Under the pieces are notes generated by a model. That model was not told the DNA's origin. It saw nothing but the letters and a program-made list of their open reading frames with translations, and made no database searches. DNA of 64,000 bases, taken from NCBI GenBank assembly GCA_964016885.1, contig OZ024744.1, forward strand, positions 26,846,001-26,910,000. Reading direction: 5' to 3'. Source of the DNA: Eledone cirrhosa. Taxonomy: Eukaryota. A program made the translations under genes and the position numbers. Below, one piece after another: positions 25,601 to 39,380 of the stretch (position 1 is the first letter of the stretch; each line of letters begins with the position of its first letter).

Positions 25601-28600
25601 AACCTTAGGGCCGAGGACACCAGAAGTCTCCACTGCTACGGCTAGACATCTCAGTGCATGTGGTGGTAAGAAGGGAGGTAACCTTAGGGCCAGGGACACC
25701 AGAAGTCTCCACTCTTACGGCTAGGCATCTCAGTGCATGTGGTGGTAAGAAGGGAGGTAACCTTAGGGCCAGGGACACCAGAAGTCTCCACTCTTACGGC
25801 TAGGCATGTCAGTGCATGTGGTGGTAAGAAGGGAGGTAATCTTAGGGCCAGGGACACCAAAAGTCTCCACTGCTACGGCTAGGTATCTCAGTGCATCTGG
25901 TGGTAAGAAGGGAGGTAACCTTAAGGCCAGGGACACCAGAAGACTCCACTGTTACGGCTAGGCATCTCAGTGCATGTGGTGGTAAGTATGGAGGTAACCT
26001 TAGGGCCAGGGACACCAGAAGTCTCCACTGTTACGGCTAGGCATGTCAGTGCATGTGGTGGTAAGAAAGGAGGTAACCTTAGGGCCAGGGACACCAGAAG
26101 TCTCCACTGCTACGGCTAGGCATCTCAGTGCGTGTGGTGGTAAGAAGGAAGTAACCTTAGGGCCAAGGACACCAGAAGTCTCCACTGCTACGGCTAGGCA
26201 TCTCAGTGCATGTGGTGGTAAGAAGGAAGTAACCTTAGGGCCAAGGACACCAGAAGTCTCCACTGTTACGGCTAGGCATCTCAGTGCATGTGGTGGTAAG
26301 AAGGGAGGTAATCTTAGGGCCAAGGACACCAGAAGTCTTCACTGTTACGGCTAGGCATGTCAGTGCATGTGGTGGTAAGAAGGGAGGTAACCTTAGGACC
26401 AGGGACACCAGAAGTCTCCACTGCTACGGCTAGGCATCTCAGTGCATGTGGTGGTAAGATGGGAGGTAACCTTAGGGCCAGGGACAGCAGAAGTATCCAC
26501 TGCTACCGCTAGGCATCTCAGTGCATGTGGTGGTAAGAAGGGAGGTAACCTTAGGGCCAGGGACACCAGACGTCTCCACTGTTACGGCTAGCATCTCAGT
26601 GCATGTGGTGGTAAGAATGGAGGTAACCTTAGGGGCAAGGACACCAGAAGTCTCCACTGTTACGGCTAGGCATCTCAGTGCATGTGGTGGTAAGAAGGGA
26701 GGAAACCTTAGGGCCAAGGACACCAGAAGTTTCCACTGTTACGGCTAGGCATCTCAGTGCATGTGGTGGTAAGAAGGGAGGTAACCTTAGGGCCAGGGAC
26801 ACCAGAAGTCTCCACTGCTACGGCTAGGCATCTCAGTGCATGTGGTGGTAAGAAGGAAGTAACCTTAGGGCCAAGGACACCAGAAGTCTCCAGTGTTACA
26901 GCTAGGCATCTCAGTGCATGTGGTGGTAAGAAGGGAGGTAACCTTAGGGCCAGGCACACCAGAAGTCTCCACTATTACGGCTAGGCATCTCAGTGCATGT
27001 GGTGGTAAGAAGGGAGGTAACCTTCGGGTCAAGGACACCAGAAATCTCCACTGTTACGGCTAGGCATGTCAGTGCATGTGGTGGTAAGAAGGGAGGTAAC
27101 CTTAGGGCCAGGGACACCAGAAGTCTCCACTGTTACGGCTAGGCATCTCAGTGCATGTGGTGGTAAGAAAGGAGGTAACCTTAGGGCCAGGGACACCAGA
27201 AGTCTCCACTGTTACGGCTAGGCATCTCAGTGCATGTGGTGGTAAGAAGGGAGGTAACCTTAGGGCCACGGACACCAGAAGTCTCCACTGTTACGGCTAG
27301 GCATCTCAGTGCATGTGGTGGTAAGAAGAGAGGTAACCTTAGGGCCAGGGACACCAGAAGTCTCCACTGCTACGGCTAGGCATCTCAGTGCATGTGGTGG
27401 TAAGAAGGAAGTAACCTTAGGGCCAAGGACACCAGAAGTCTCCACTGTTACGGCTAGGCATCTCAGTGCATGTGGTGGTAAGAAGGGAGGTAACCTTAGG
27501 GCCAGGGACACCAGAAGTCTCCACTGCTACGGCTTGGTATCTCAGTGCATGTGGTGGTAAGAAGGAAGTAACCTTAGGGCCAAGGACACCAGAAGTCTCC
27601 ACTGTTACGGCTAGGCATCTCAGTGCATGTGGTGGTAAGAAGGGAGGTAACCTTAGGGCCAGGGACACCAGAAGTCTCCACTGCTACGGCTAGGCATCTC
27701 AGTGCATGTGGTGGTAAGAAGGAAGTAACCTTAGGGCCAAGGACACCAGAAGTCTCCACTGTTACGGCTAGGCATCTCAGTGCATGTGGTGGTAAGAAGG
27801 GAGGTAACCTTCGGGTCAAGGACACCAGAAATCTCCACTGTTACGGCTAGGCATGTCAGTGCATGTGGTGGTAAGAAGGGGGGTAACCTTAGGGCCAGGG
27901 ACACCAGAAGTCTCCACTGTTACGGCTAGGCATCTCAGTGCATGTGGTGGTAAGAAGGGAGGTAACCTTAGGGCCAGGGACACCAGAAGTCTCCACTGCT
28001 ACGGCTAGGCATCTCAGTGCATGTGGTGGCGATAAGGGAGGTAACCTTAGGGCCAGGGACAACAGAAGCCTCCACTGTTACGGCTAGGCATCTCAGTGCA
28101 TGTGGTGGTAAGAAGGGAGGTAACATTAGGGCCAGGGAAACCAGAAGTCTCCACTGTTACGGCTAGGCATCTCAGTGCATGTGGAGGTAAGAAGGGAGGT
28201 AACCTTAGGGCCAGGGACACCAGAAGTCTCCACTGTTACGGCTAGGCATCTCAGTGCATGTGGTGGTAAGAAGGGAGGTAACCTTAGGGCCAAGGACACC
28301 AGACGTCTCCACTGTTACGGCTAGGCATCTCACTGCATGTGGTGGTAAGAAGGGAGCTAACCTTAGGGCCAGGGACAGCAGAAGTCTCCACTGTTACGGC
28401 TAGGCATCTCAGTGCATGTGGTGGTAAGAAGGGAGGTAACCTTAGGGCCAAGGACACCAGAAGTCACCACTGTTACGGCTAGGCATCTCACTGCATGTGG
28501 TGGTAAGAAGGGAGCTAACCTTAGGGCCAGGGACAGCAGAAGTCTCCACTGTTACGGCTAGGCATCTCAGTGCATGTGGTGGTAAGAAGGGAGGTAACCT

Positions 28601-30699
28601 TAGGGCCAAGGACACCAGAAGTCTCCACTGTTACGTCTAGGCATCTCAGTGCATGTGGTGGTAAGAAGGGAAGTAACCTTAGGGCCAGGGACACCAAAAG
28701 TCTCCACAGTTACGGCTAGGCATGTCAGTGCATGTGGTGGTAAGAAGGGAGGTAACCTTAGGGCCAGGGACACCAGAAGTCTCCACTGTTACGGCTAGGC
28801 ATCTCAGTGCATGTGGTGGTAAGAAGGGAGGTAACCTTAGGGCCAGGGACACCAGAGGTCTCCACTGTTACGGCTAGGCATCTCAGTGCATGTGGTGGTA
28901 AGGAGGAAGTAACCTTAGGGCCAGGGACACCAGAAGACTCCACTGTTACGGCTAGGCATCTCAGTGCATGTGGTGGTAAGAAGGGAGGTAACCTTAGGGT
29001 TTGGGACACCAGAAGTCTCCACTGCTACGGCCAGGCATCTCAGTGCATGTGGTGGTAAGAAGGGAGGTAACCTTAGGGCCAGGGACACCAGAAGTCTCCA
29101 CTGCTACGGCTAGGCATCTCAGTGCATGTGGTAGTAAGGATGGAGGTAACCTTAGGGCCAGGCACACCAGAAGTCGTCACTGTTAAGGCTAGGCATCTCA
29201 GTGCATGTGGTGGTAAGAAGGGAGGTAACCTTAGGGCCAGAGACACCAGAAGTCTCGACTGCTAAGGCTAGGCATCTCAGTGCATGTGGTGGTAAGAAGG
29301 GAAGTAACCTTAGGGCCAGGGACACCAGAAGACTCCACAGTTACGGCTAGGCATGTCAGTGCATGTGGTGGTAAGATGGGAGGTAACCTTAGGGCCAGGG
29401 ACACCAGAAGTCTCCACTGTTACGGCTAGGCATCTCAGTGCATGTGGTGGTAAGAAGGGAGGTAACCTTAGGGCCAGGGACACCAGAAGTCTCCACTGTT
29501 ACGGCTAGGCATCTCAGTGCATGTGGTGGTAAGAAAAAAGTAACCTTAGGGCCAGGGACACCAGAAGACTCCACTGTTACGCCTAGGCATCTCAGTGCAT
29601 GTGGTGGTAAGAAGGGAGGTAACCTTAGAGTTTGGGACACCAGAAGTCTCCACTGCTACGGCCAGGCATCTCAGTGCATGTGGTGGTAAGAAGGGAGGTA
29701 ACCTTAGGGCCAGGGACACCAGACGTCTCCACTGCTACGACTAGGCATGTCAGTGCATGTGGTGATAAGAAAGCAGGTAACCTTAGGGCCAGGGACACCA
29801 GAAGTCTCCACTGCTACGGTGAGGCATCTCAGTGCATGTGGTGGTAAGAAGGGAGGTAACCTTAGGGCCAAGGACAGCAGAAGTCTCCACTGCTACGGCG
29901 AGGAATCTCAGTGCATGTGGTGGTAAGAAAGGAGGTAACCTTAGGGCCAAGGACACCAGAAGCCTCCACTGTTACGACTAGGCATGTCAGTGCATGTGGT
30001 GGTAAGAAAGCAGGTAACCTTAGGGCCAGGGACACCAGAAGTTTCCACTGCTACGGCGAGGCATCTCAGTGCATGTGGATGTAAGAAGGGAGGTAACCTT
30101 AGGGCCAAGGACACCAGAAGTCTCCACTGTTACGGCTAGGCATGTCAGTGCATGTGGTGGTAAGAAGGAAGTAACCTTAGGGCCAGGCACACCAGAAGTC
30201 TCCACTGCTACGGCTAGGCATCTCAGTGCATGTGGTGGTAAGAAGGGAGGTAACCTTAGGGCCAGGGACACCAGAAGTCTCCACTGCTACGGCTAGGCAT
30301 CTCAGTGCATGTGGTGGTAAAAAGGGAGGTAACCTTAGAGCTAGGGACACCAGAAGTCTCCACTGTTACGGCCAGGCATCTCAGTGCATGTGGTGGTAAG
30401 AAGGGGGGTAACCTTAGGGCCAAGGACACCAGAAGTCTCCACTGTTACGGCTAGGAATCTCAGTGCATGTGGTGGTAAGAAGGGAGGTATCCTTAGGGCC
30501 AGGGACAGCAGAAGTATCCACTGTTACGGCTAGGCATCTCAGTTCATGTGGTGGTAAGAAGGGAGGTAACCTTAGGGCCAAGGACACCAGAAGTCTCCAC
30601 TACTACCGCTAGGCATCTCAGTGCATGTGGTGGTAAGGAGGGAGGTAACCTTAGGGCCAGGGACACCAGAAGACTCCACCGTTACGGCTAGGCATCTCA

Positions 30700-33600
30700 G
30701 TGCATGGGTGGTAAGAAGGGAAGTAACCATATGGCCAAGGTCACCAGAAGTCACCACTGCTACGGCTAGGCATCTCAGTGCATGTGGTGGTAAGAAGGGA
30801 GGTAACCTTAGGGCCAGGGACACCAGAAGTCCCCACTGTTACGGCTAGGCATCTCAGTGCATGTGGTGGTAAGAAAGGAGGTAACCTTAGAGCCAAGGAC
30901 ACCAGAAGTCTCCACTGTTACGGCTAGGCATTTCAGTGCATCTGGTGGTAAGAAGGGAGGTAACCTTAGGGCCAAGGACACCAGAAGTCCCCACTGCTAC
31001 GGCTAGGCATCTCAGTGCATGTGGTGGTAAGAAGGGAGGTAACCTTAGGGCCAGGGACACCAGAAGTCTCCACTGTTACGGCTAGGCATGTCAGTGCATG
31101 TGGTGGTAAGAAGGGAGGTAACCTTAGGGTCAGGGACACCAAAAGTCTCCACTGCTACGGCTAGGCATCTCAGTGCATGTGGTGGTTAGAAGGGAGGTAA
31201 CCTTAGGGCCAGGGACACCAGAAGACTCCACTGTTACGGCTAGGCATCTCAGTGCATGTGCTGGTACGAAGGGAGGTAACCTTAGGATTTGGGACACCAG
31301 AATTCTTCACTGCTACGGCCAGGCATCTCAGTGCATGTGGTGGTAAGAAGGGAGGTAACCTTAGGGCCAAGGACACCAGAAGACTCCACTGTTACGGCTA
31401 GGCATCTCAGTTCATGTGGTGGTAAGAAAGGAGGTAAACTTAGGGCCAAGGACACCAGAAGCCTCCACTGTTACGACTAGGCATGTCAGTGCATGTGGTG
31501 GTAAGAAATCTGGTAACCTTAGGGCCAGGGACACCAGAAGTCTCCACTGCTACGGCGAGGCATCTCAGTGCATGTGGTGGTAAGAAGGGAGGTAACCTTA
31601 GGGCCAGGGACTCCAGAAGTCTCCACTGTTACGGCTAGGCATGTCCGTGCATGTGGTGGTAAGAAGGGAGCTAACCTTAGGGCCAGGGACAGCAGAAGTC
31701 TCCACTGCTACGGCTAGGCATCTCAGTGCATGTGGTGGTAAGAAGGAAGTAACCTTAGGGCCAAGGACACCAGAAGTCTCCACTGTTACGGCTAGGCATC
31801 TCAATGCATGTGGTGGTAAGAAGGGAGGTAACCTTAGGGCCAGGGACACCAGAAGTCTCCACTGCTACGGCTAGGCATCTCAGTGCATGTGGTGGTAAGA
31901 AGGAAGTAACCTTAGGGCCAAGGACACCAGAAGTCTCCACTGTTACGGCTAGGCATGTCAGTGCATGTGGTGGTAAGAAGGGAGGTAACCTTAGGGTTTG
32001 GGACACCAGAAGTCTCCACTGCTACGGCCAGGCATCTCAGTGCATGTGGTGGTAAGAAGGGAGGTAACCTTAGGGCCAGGGACACCAGACGTCTCCACTG
32101 CTACGACTAGGCATGTCAGTGCATGTGGTGGTAAGAAAGCAGGTAACCTTAGGGCCAGGGACACCAGAAGTCTCCACTGCTACGGCGAGGCATCTCAGTG
32201 CATGTGGTGGTAAGAAGGGAGGTAACCTTAGGGCCAAGGACAGCAGAAGTCTCCACTGCTACGGCGAGGAATCTCAGTGCATGTGGTGGTAAGAAAGGAG
32301 GTAACCTTAGGGCCAAGGTCACCAGAAGCCTCCACTGTTACGACTAGGCATGTCAGTGCATGTGGTGGTAAGAAAGCAGGTAACCTTAGGGCCAGGGACA
32401 CCAGAAGTTTCCACTGCTACGGCGAGGCATCTCAGTGCATGTGGATGTAAGAAGGGAGGTAACCTTAGGGCCAAGGACACCAGAAGTCTCCACTGCTACG
32501 GCTAGGCATCTCAGTGCATGTGGTGGTAAGAAGGGAGGTATCCTTAGGGCCAAGGACACCAGAAGACTCCACTGTTACGGCTAGGCATCTCAGTGCATGT
32601 GGTGGTAAGAAGGGAGGTAACCATATGGCCAAGGTCACCAGAAGTCACCACTGCTACGGCTAGGCATCTCAGTGCATGTGGTGGTAAGAAGGGAGGTAAC
32701 CTTAGGGCCAAGGACACCAGAAGTCCCCACTGCTACGGCTAGGCATCTCAGTGCATGTGGTGGTAAGAAGGGAGGTAACATTAGGGCAGGGACACCAGAA
32801 GTCTCCACTGTTACGGCTAGGCATGTCAGTGCATGTGGTGGTAAGAAGGGAGGTAACCTTAGGGTCAGGGACACCAAAAGTCTCCACTGCTACGGCTAGG
32901 CATCTCAGTGCATGTGGTGGTTAGAAGGGAGGTAACCTTAGGGCCAGGGACAGCAGAAGTCTCCACTGCTACCGCTAGGCATCTCAGTGCATGTTGTGGT
33001 AAGAAGGGAGGTAACCTTAGGGCCAGGGACACCAGAAGTCTCCACTGTTACGGCTAGGCATCTCAGTGCATGTGGTGGTAAGAAGGAAGTAACCTTAGGG
33101 CCAGGGACACCAGAAGACTCCACTGTTACGGCTAGGCATCTCAGTGCATGTGGTGGTACGAAGGGAGGTAACCTTAGGTTTTGGGACACCAGAATTCTTC
33201 ACTGCTACGGCCAGGCATCTCAGTGCATGTGGTGGTAAGAAGGGAGGTAACCTTAGGGCCAGGGACACCAGAAGACTCCACTGTTACGGCTAGGCATCTC
33301 AGTGCATGTGGTTGTAAGTATGGAGGTAACCTTAGGGCCAGGGACACCAGAAGTCTCCACTTCTACGGCTAGGCATCTCAGTGCATGTGGTGGTAAGAAG
33401 GAAGTAACCTTAGGGCCAAGGACACCAGAAGTCTTCACTGTTACGGCTAGGCATATCAGTGCATGTGGTGGTAAGAAGGGAGGTAACCTTAGGGCCAGGG
33501 ACACCAGAAGTCTCCACTTCTACGGCTAGGCATCTCAGTGCATGTGGTGGTAAGAAGGAAGTAACCTTAGGGCCAAGGACACCAGAAGTCTCCACTGTTA

Positions 33601-36530
33601 CGGCTAGGCATCTCAGTGCATGTGGTGGTAAGATGGGAGGTAACCTTAGGGCCATGGACACCAGAAGTCTCCACTGCTACGGCTAGGCATCTCAGTGCAT
33701 GTGGTGGTAAGAAAGGAGGTAAACTTAGGGCCAAGGACACCAGAAGCCTCCACTGTTACGACTAGGCATGTCAGTGCATGTGGTGGTAAGAAATCAGGTA
33801 ACCTTAGGGCCAGGGACACCAGAAGTCTCCACTGCTACGGCTAGGCATCTCAGTGCATGTGGTGGTAAGAAGGGAGGTAACCTTAGGGCCAGGGACACCA
33901 GAAGTCTCCACTGTTACGGCTAGGCATGTCAGTGCATGTGGTGGTAAGAAAGGAGGTAACCTTAGGGCCAGCGACACCAGAAGACTCCACTGTTACGGCT
34001 AGGCATCTCAGTGCATGTGGTGGTAAGAATGGAGGTAACCTTAGGGCCAGGGACACCAGAAGTCTCCACTGTTACGGCTAGGCATGTCAGTGCATGTGGT
34101 GGTAAGAAAGGAGGTAACCTTAGGGCCAGGGACACCAGAAGTCTCCACTGCTACGGCTAGGCATCTCAGTGCATGTGGTGGTAAGAAGGAAGTAACCTTA
34201 GGGCCAAGGACACAAGAAGTCTTCACTGTTACGGCTAGGCATATCAGTGCATGTGGTGGTAAAAAGGGAGGTAACCTTAGGGCCAGGGACACCAGAAGTC
34301 TCCACTGCTACGGCTAGGCATCTCAGTGCATGTGGTGGTAAGAAGGAAGTAACCTTAAGGCCAAGGACACCAGAAGTCTCCACTGTTACGGCTAGGCATC
34401 TCAGTGCATGTGGTGGTAATAAGGGAGGTAACCTTAGGTCCAGGAACACCAGAAGTCTCCACTGTTAAGGCTAGGCATCTCAGTGCATGTGGATGTAAGA
34501 AGGGAGGTAATCTTAGGGCCAAGGACACCAGAAGTCTCCACTGTTACGGCTAGGCATGTCAGTGCATGTGGTGGTAAGAAGGAAGTAACCTTAGGGCCAG
34601 GCACACCAGAAGTCTCCACTGCTACGGCTAGGCATCTCAGTGCATGTGGTGGTAAGAAGGGAGGTAACGTTAGAGCTAGGGACACCAGAAGTCTCCACTG
34701 TTACGGCCAGGCATCTCAGTGCATGTGGTGGTAAGAAGGGGGGTAACCTTAGGGCCAAGGACACCAGAAGTCTCCACTTTTACGGCTAGGAATCTCAGTG
34801 CATGTGGTGGTAAGAAGGGAGGTATCCTTAGGGCCAAGGACACCAGAAGACTCCACTGTTACGGCTAGGCATCTCAGTTCATGTGGTGGTAAGAAGGGAG
34901 GTAACCTTAGGGCCAAGGACAGCAGAAGTCTCCACTGCTACCGCTAGGCATCTCAGTGCATGTGGTGGTAAGGAGGGAGGTAACCTTAGGGCCAGGGACA
35001 CCAGAAGACTCCACCGTTACGGCTAGGCATGTGGTGGTAAGAAGGGAGGTAACCATATGGCCAAGGTCACCAGAAGTCACCACTGCTACGGCTAGGCATC
35101 TCAGTGCATGTGGTGGTAAGAAGGGAGGTAACCTTAGGGCCAGGGACACCAGAAGTCCCCACTGTTACGGCTAGGCATCTCAGTGCATGTGGTGGTAAGA
35201 AAGGAGGTAACCTTAGAGCCAAGGACACCAGAAGTCTCCACTGTTACGGCTAGGCATCTCAGTGCATCTGGTGGTAAGAAGGGAGGTAACCTTAGGGCCA
35301 AGGACACCAGAAGTCCCCACTGCTACGGCTAGGTATCTCAGTGCATGTGGTGGTAAGAAGGGAGGTAACCTTAGGGCCAGGGACACCAGAAGTCTCCACT
35401 GTTACGGCTAGGCATGTCAGTGCATGTGGTGGTAAGAAGGGAGGTAACCTTAGGGTCAGGGACACCAAAAGTCTCCACTGCTACGGCTAGGCATCTCAGT
35501 GCATGTGGTGGTTAGAAGGGAGGTAACCTTAGGGCCAGGGACACCAGAAGACTCCACTGTTACGGCTAGGCATCTCAGTGCATGTGCTGGTACGAAGGGA
35601 GGTAACCTTAGGTTTTGGGACACCAGAATTCTTCACTGCTACGGCCAGGCATCTCAGTGCATGTGGTGGTAAGAAGGGAGGTAACCTTAGGGCCAAGGAC
35701 ACCAGAAGACTCCACTGTTACGGCTAGGCATCTCAGTTCATGTGGTGGTAAGAAAGGAGGTAAACTTAGGGCCAAGGACACCAGAAGCCTCCACTGTTAC
35801 GACTAGGCATGTCAGTGCATGTGGTGGTAAGAAATCAGGTAACCTTAGGGCCAGGGACACCAGAAGTCTCCACTGCTACGGCGAGGCATCTCAGTGCATG
35901 TGGTGGTAAGAAGGGAGGTAACCTTAGGGCCAGGGACTCCAGAAGTCTCCACTGTTACGGCTAGGCATGTCAGTGCATGTGGTGGTAAGAAGGGAGCTAA
36001 CCTTAGGGCCAGGGACAGCAGAAGTCTCCACTGCTACGGCTAGGCATCTCTGTGCATGTGGTGGTAAGAAGGAAGTAACCTTAGGGCCAAGGACACCAGA
36101 AGTCTCCACTGTTACGGCTAGGCATCTCAGTGCATGTGGTGGTAAGAAGGGAGGTAACCTTAGGGCCAGGGACACCAGAAGTCTCCACTGCTACGGCTAG
36201 GCATCTCAGTGCATGTGGTGGTAAGAAGGAAGTAACCTTAGGGCCAAGGACACCAGAAGTCTCCACTGTTACGGCTAGGCATGTCAGTGCATGTGGTGGT
36301 AAGAAGGGAGGTAACCTTAGGGTTTTGGACAACAGAAGTCTCCACTGCTACGGCCAGGCATCTCAGTGCATGTGGTGGTAAGAAGGGAGGTAACATTAGA
36401 GCCAGGGACACCAGACGTCTCCACTGCTACGACTAGGCATGTCAGTGCATGTGGTGGTAAGAAAGCAGGTAACCTTAGGGCCAGGGACACCAGAAGTCTC
36501 CACTGCTACGGCGAGGCATCTCAGTGCATG
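30700..36530. repeat. More diverged block duplication, offset 4326 bp (~30700-32200 vs ~35030-36530)
   Basis: ORFs 31289/35615, 31598/35924 and 31755/36081. Shared markers are CCATATGGCCAAGGTCACC, GGTGGTTAGAAG, GCTGGTACGAAG and GAATTCTTCAC. Confidence 0.75.
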
Positions 36531-39380
36531 TGGTGGTAAGAAGGGAGGTATCCTTAGGGCCAAGGACACCAGAAGCCTCCACTGTTACGACTAGGCATGT
36601 CAGTGCATGTGGTGGTAAGAAAGCAGGTAACCTTAGGGCCAGGGACACCAGAAGTTTCCACTGCTACGGCGAGGCATCTCAGTGCATGTGGATGTAAGAA
36701 GGGAGGTAACCTTAGGGCCAAGGACACCAGAAGTCTCCACTGTTACGGCTAGGCATGTCAGTGCATGTGGTGGTAAGAAGGAAGTAACCTTAGGGCCAGG
36801 GACACCAGAAGTCTCCACTGCTACGGCTAGGCATCTCAGTGCATGTGGTGGTAAGAAGGGAGGTAACCTTAGGGCCAGGGACACCAGAAGTCTCCACTGT
36901 TACGGCTAGGCATGCCTGTGCATGTGGTGGTAAGAAAGGAGGTAACCTTAGGGCCAGCGACACCAGAAGACTCCACTGTTACGGCTAGGCATCTCAGTGC
37001 ATGTGGTGGTAAGAATGGAGGTAACCTTAGGGCCAGGGACACCAGAAGTCTCCACTGTTACGGCTAGGCATGTCAGTGCATGTGGTGGTAAGAAAGGAGG
37101 TAACCTTAGGGCCAGGGACACCAGAAGTCTCCACTGCTACGGCTAGGCATCTCAGTGCATGTGGTCGTAAGAAAGGAGGTAACCTTAGGGCCAAGGACAC
37201 CAGAAGTCTTCACTGTTACGGCTAGGCATATCAGTGCATGTGGTGGTAAAAAGGGAGGTCACCTTAGGGCCAGGGACACCAGAAGTCTCCACTGCTACGG
37301 CTAGGCATCTCAGTGCATGTGGTGGTAAGAAGGAAGTAACCTTAAGGCCAAGGACACCAGAAGTCTCCACTGTTACGGCTAGGCATCTCAGTGCATGTGG
37401 TGGTAATAAGGGAGGTAACCTTAGGTCCAGGAACACCAGAAGTCTCCACTGTTAAGGCTAGGCATCTCAGTGCATGTGGATGTAAGAAGGGAGGTAATCT
37501 TAGGGCCAAGGATACCAGAAGTCTCCACTGTTACGGCTAGGCATGTCAGTGCATGTGGTGGTAAGAAGTAAGTAACCTTAGGGCCAGGCACACCAGAAGT
37601 CTCCACTGCTACGGCTAGGCATCTCAGTGCATGTGGTGGTAAGAAGGGAGGTAACCTTAGGGCCAGGGACACCAGAAGTCTCCACTGTTACGGCCAGGCA
37701 TCTCAGTGCATGTGGTGGTAATAAGGGGGGTAACCTTAGGGCCAAGGACACCAGAAGTCTCCACTGTTACGGCTAGGATTCTCAGTGCATGTGGTGGTAA
37801 GAAGGGAGGTAACCTTAGGGCCAGGGACACCAGAAGTCTCCACTGCTACGGCTAGGCATCTCAGCGCATGTGGTGGTAAGAAGGGAGGTAACCTTAGGGC
37901 CAGGGACTCCAGAAGTCTCCACTGTTACGGCTAGGCATGTCAGTGCATGTGGTGGTAAGAAGGGAGGTAACCTTAGGGCCAAGGACACCAGAAGTCTCCA
38001 CTGTTACGTCTAGGCATCTCAGTGCATGTGGTGGTAAGAAGGGAGGTAACCTTAGGGCCAGGCACACCAGAAGTCGTCACTGTTACGGCTAGGCATCTCA
38101 GTGCATGTGGTGGTCTGAAGGGAGGTAACCTTAGGGCCAGAGACACCAAAAGTCTCGACTGCTAAGGCTAGGCATCTCAGTGCATGTGGTGGTAAGAAAG
38201 GAAGTAACCTTTGGGCCAAGGACACCAGAAGTCTCCACTGTTACGGCTAGGCATCTCAGTGCATGTGGTGGTAAGAAGGGAGGTAACCTTAGGGCCAGGG
38301 ACACCAGAAGTCTCCACTGCTACGGCTAGGCATCTCAGTGCATGTGGTGGTAAGAAGGAAGTAACCTTAGGGTTTGGGACACCAGAAGTCTCCACTGCTA
38401 CGGCCAGGCATCTCAGTGCATGTGGTGGTAAGAAGGGAGGTAACCTTAGGGCCAGGGACACCAGACGTCTCCACTGCTACGGCTAGGCATCTCAGTGCAT
38501 GTGGTGGTAAGAAGGGAGGTAACCTTAGGTCCAGGGACACCAGAAGACTTCACTGTTACGGCTAGGCATCTCAGTGCATGTGGTGGTAAGAAGGGAGGTA
38601 ACCTTAGGGCCAAGGACAGCAGAAGTCTCCACTGCTACGGCGAGGCATCTCAGTGCATGTGGTGGTAAGAAGGGAGGTAACCTTAGGGCCAAGGACACCA
38701 GAAGCCTCCACTGTTACGACTAGGCATGTCAGTGCATGTGGTGGTAAGAAAGCAGGTAACCTTAGGGCCAGGGACACCAGAAGTCTCCACTGCTACGGCG
38801 AGGCATCTCAGTGCATGTGGTGGTAAGAAGGGAGGTAACCTTAGGGCCACGGACAGCAGAAGTCTCCACTGCTACGGCGAGGCATCTCAGTGCATGTGGT
38901 GGTAAGAAAGGAGGTAACCTTAGGGCCAAGGACACCAGAAGCCTCCACTGTTACGACTAGGCATGTCAGTGCATGTGGTGGTAAGAAAGCAGGTAACCTT
39001 AGGGCCAGGGACACCAGAAGTCTCCACTGCTACGGCGAGGCATCTCAGTGCATGTGGTGGTAAGAAGGGAGGTAACCTTAGGGCCAGCGACACCAGAAGA
39101 CTCCACTGTTACGGCTAGGCATCTCAGTGCATGTGGTGGTAAGAATGGAGGTAACCTTAGGGCCAGGGACACCAGAAGTCTCCACTGTTACGGCTAGGCA
39201 TGTCAGTGCATGGGGTGGTAAGAAAGGAGGTAACCTTAGGGCCAGGGACACCAGAAGTCTCCACTGCTACGGCTAGGCATCTCAGTGCATGTGGTCGTAA
39301 GAAAGGAGGTAACCTTAGGGCCAAGGACACCAGAAGTCTTCACTGTTACGGCTAGGCATATCAGTGCATGTGGTGGTAAA

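Larger units (their letters stand above)
1..27900. repeat. Satellite subfamily domain A (first)
   Basis: Enriched for the variants CAGACGTC..ACGGGTAGG, GGGTGGTAACCTTAGTGCC, GAAGGAACCGTAGG, CTAGACATC..ACCTAAGGG and AAAGGAAGTAACCTTTGGG. Domain-B markers were not seen here. Confidence 0.75.
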
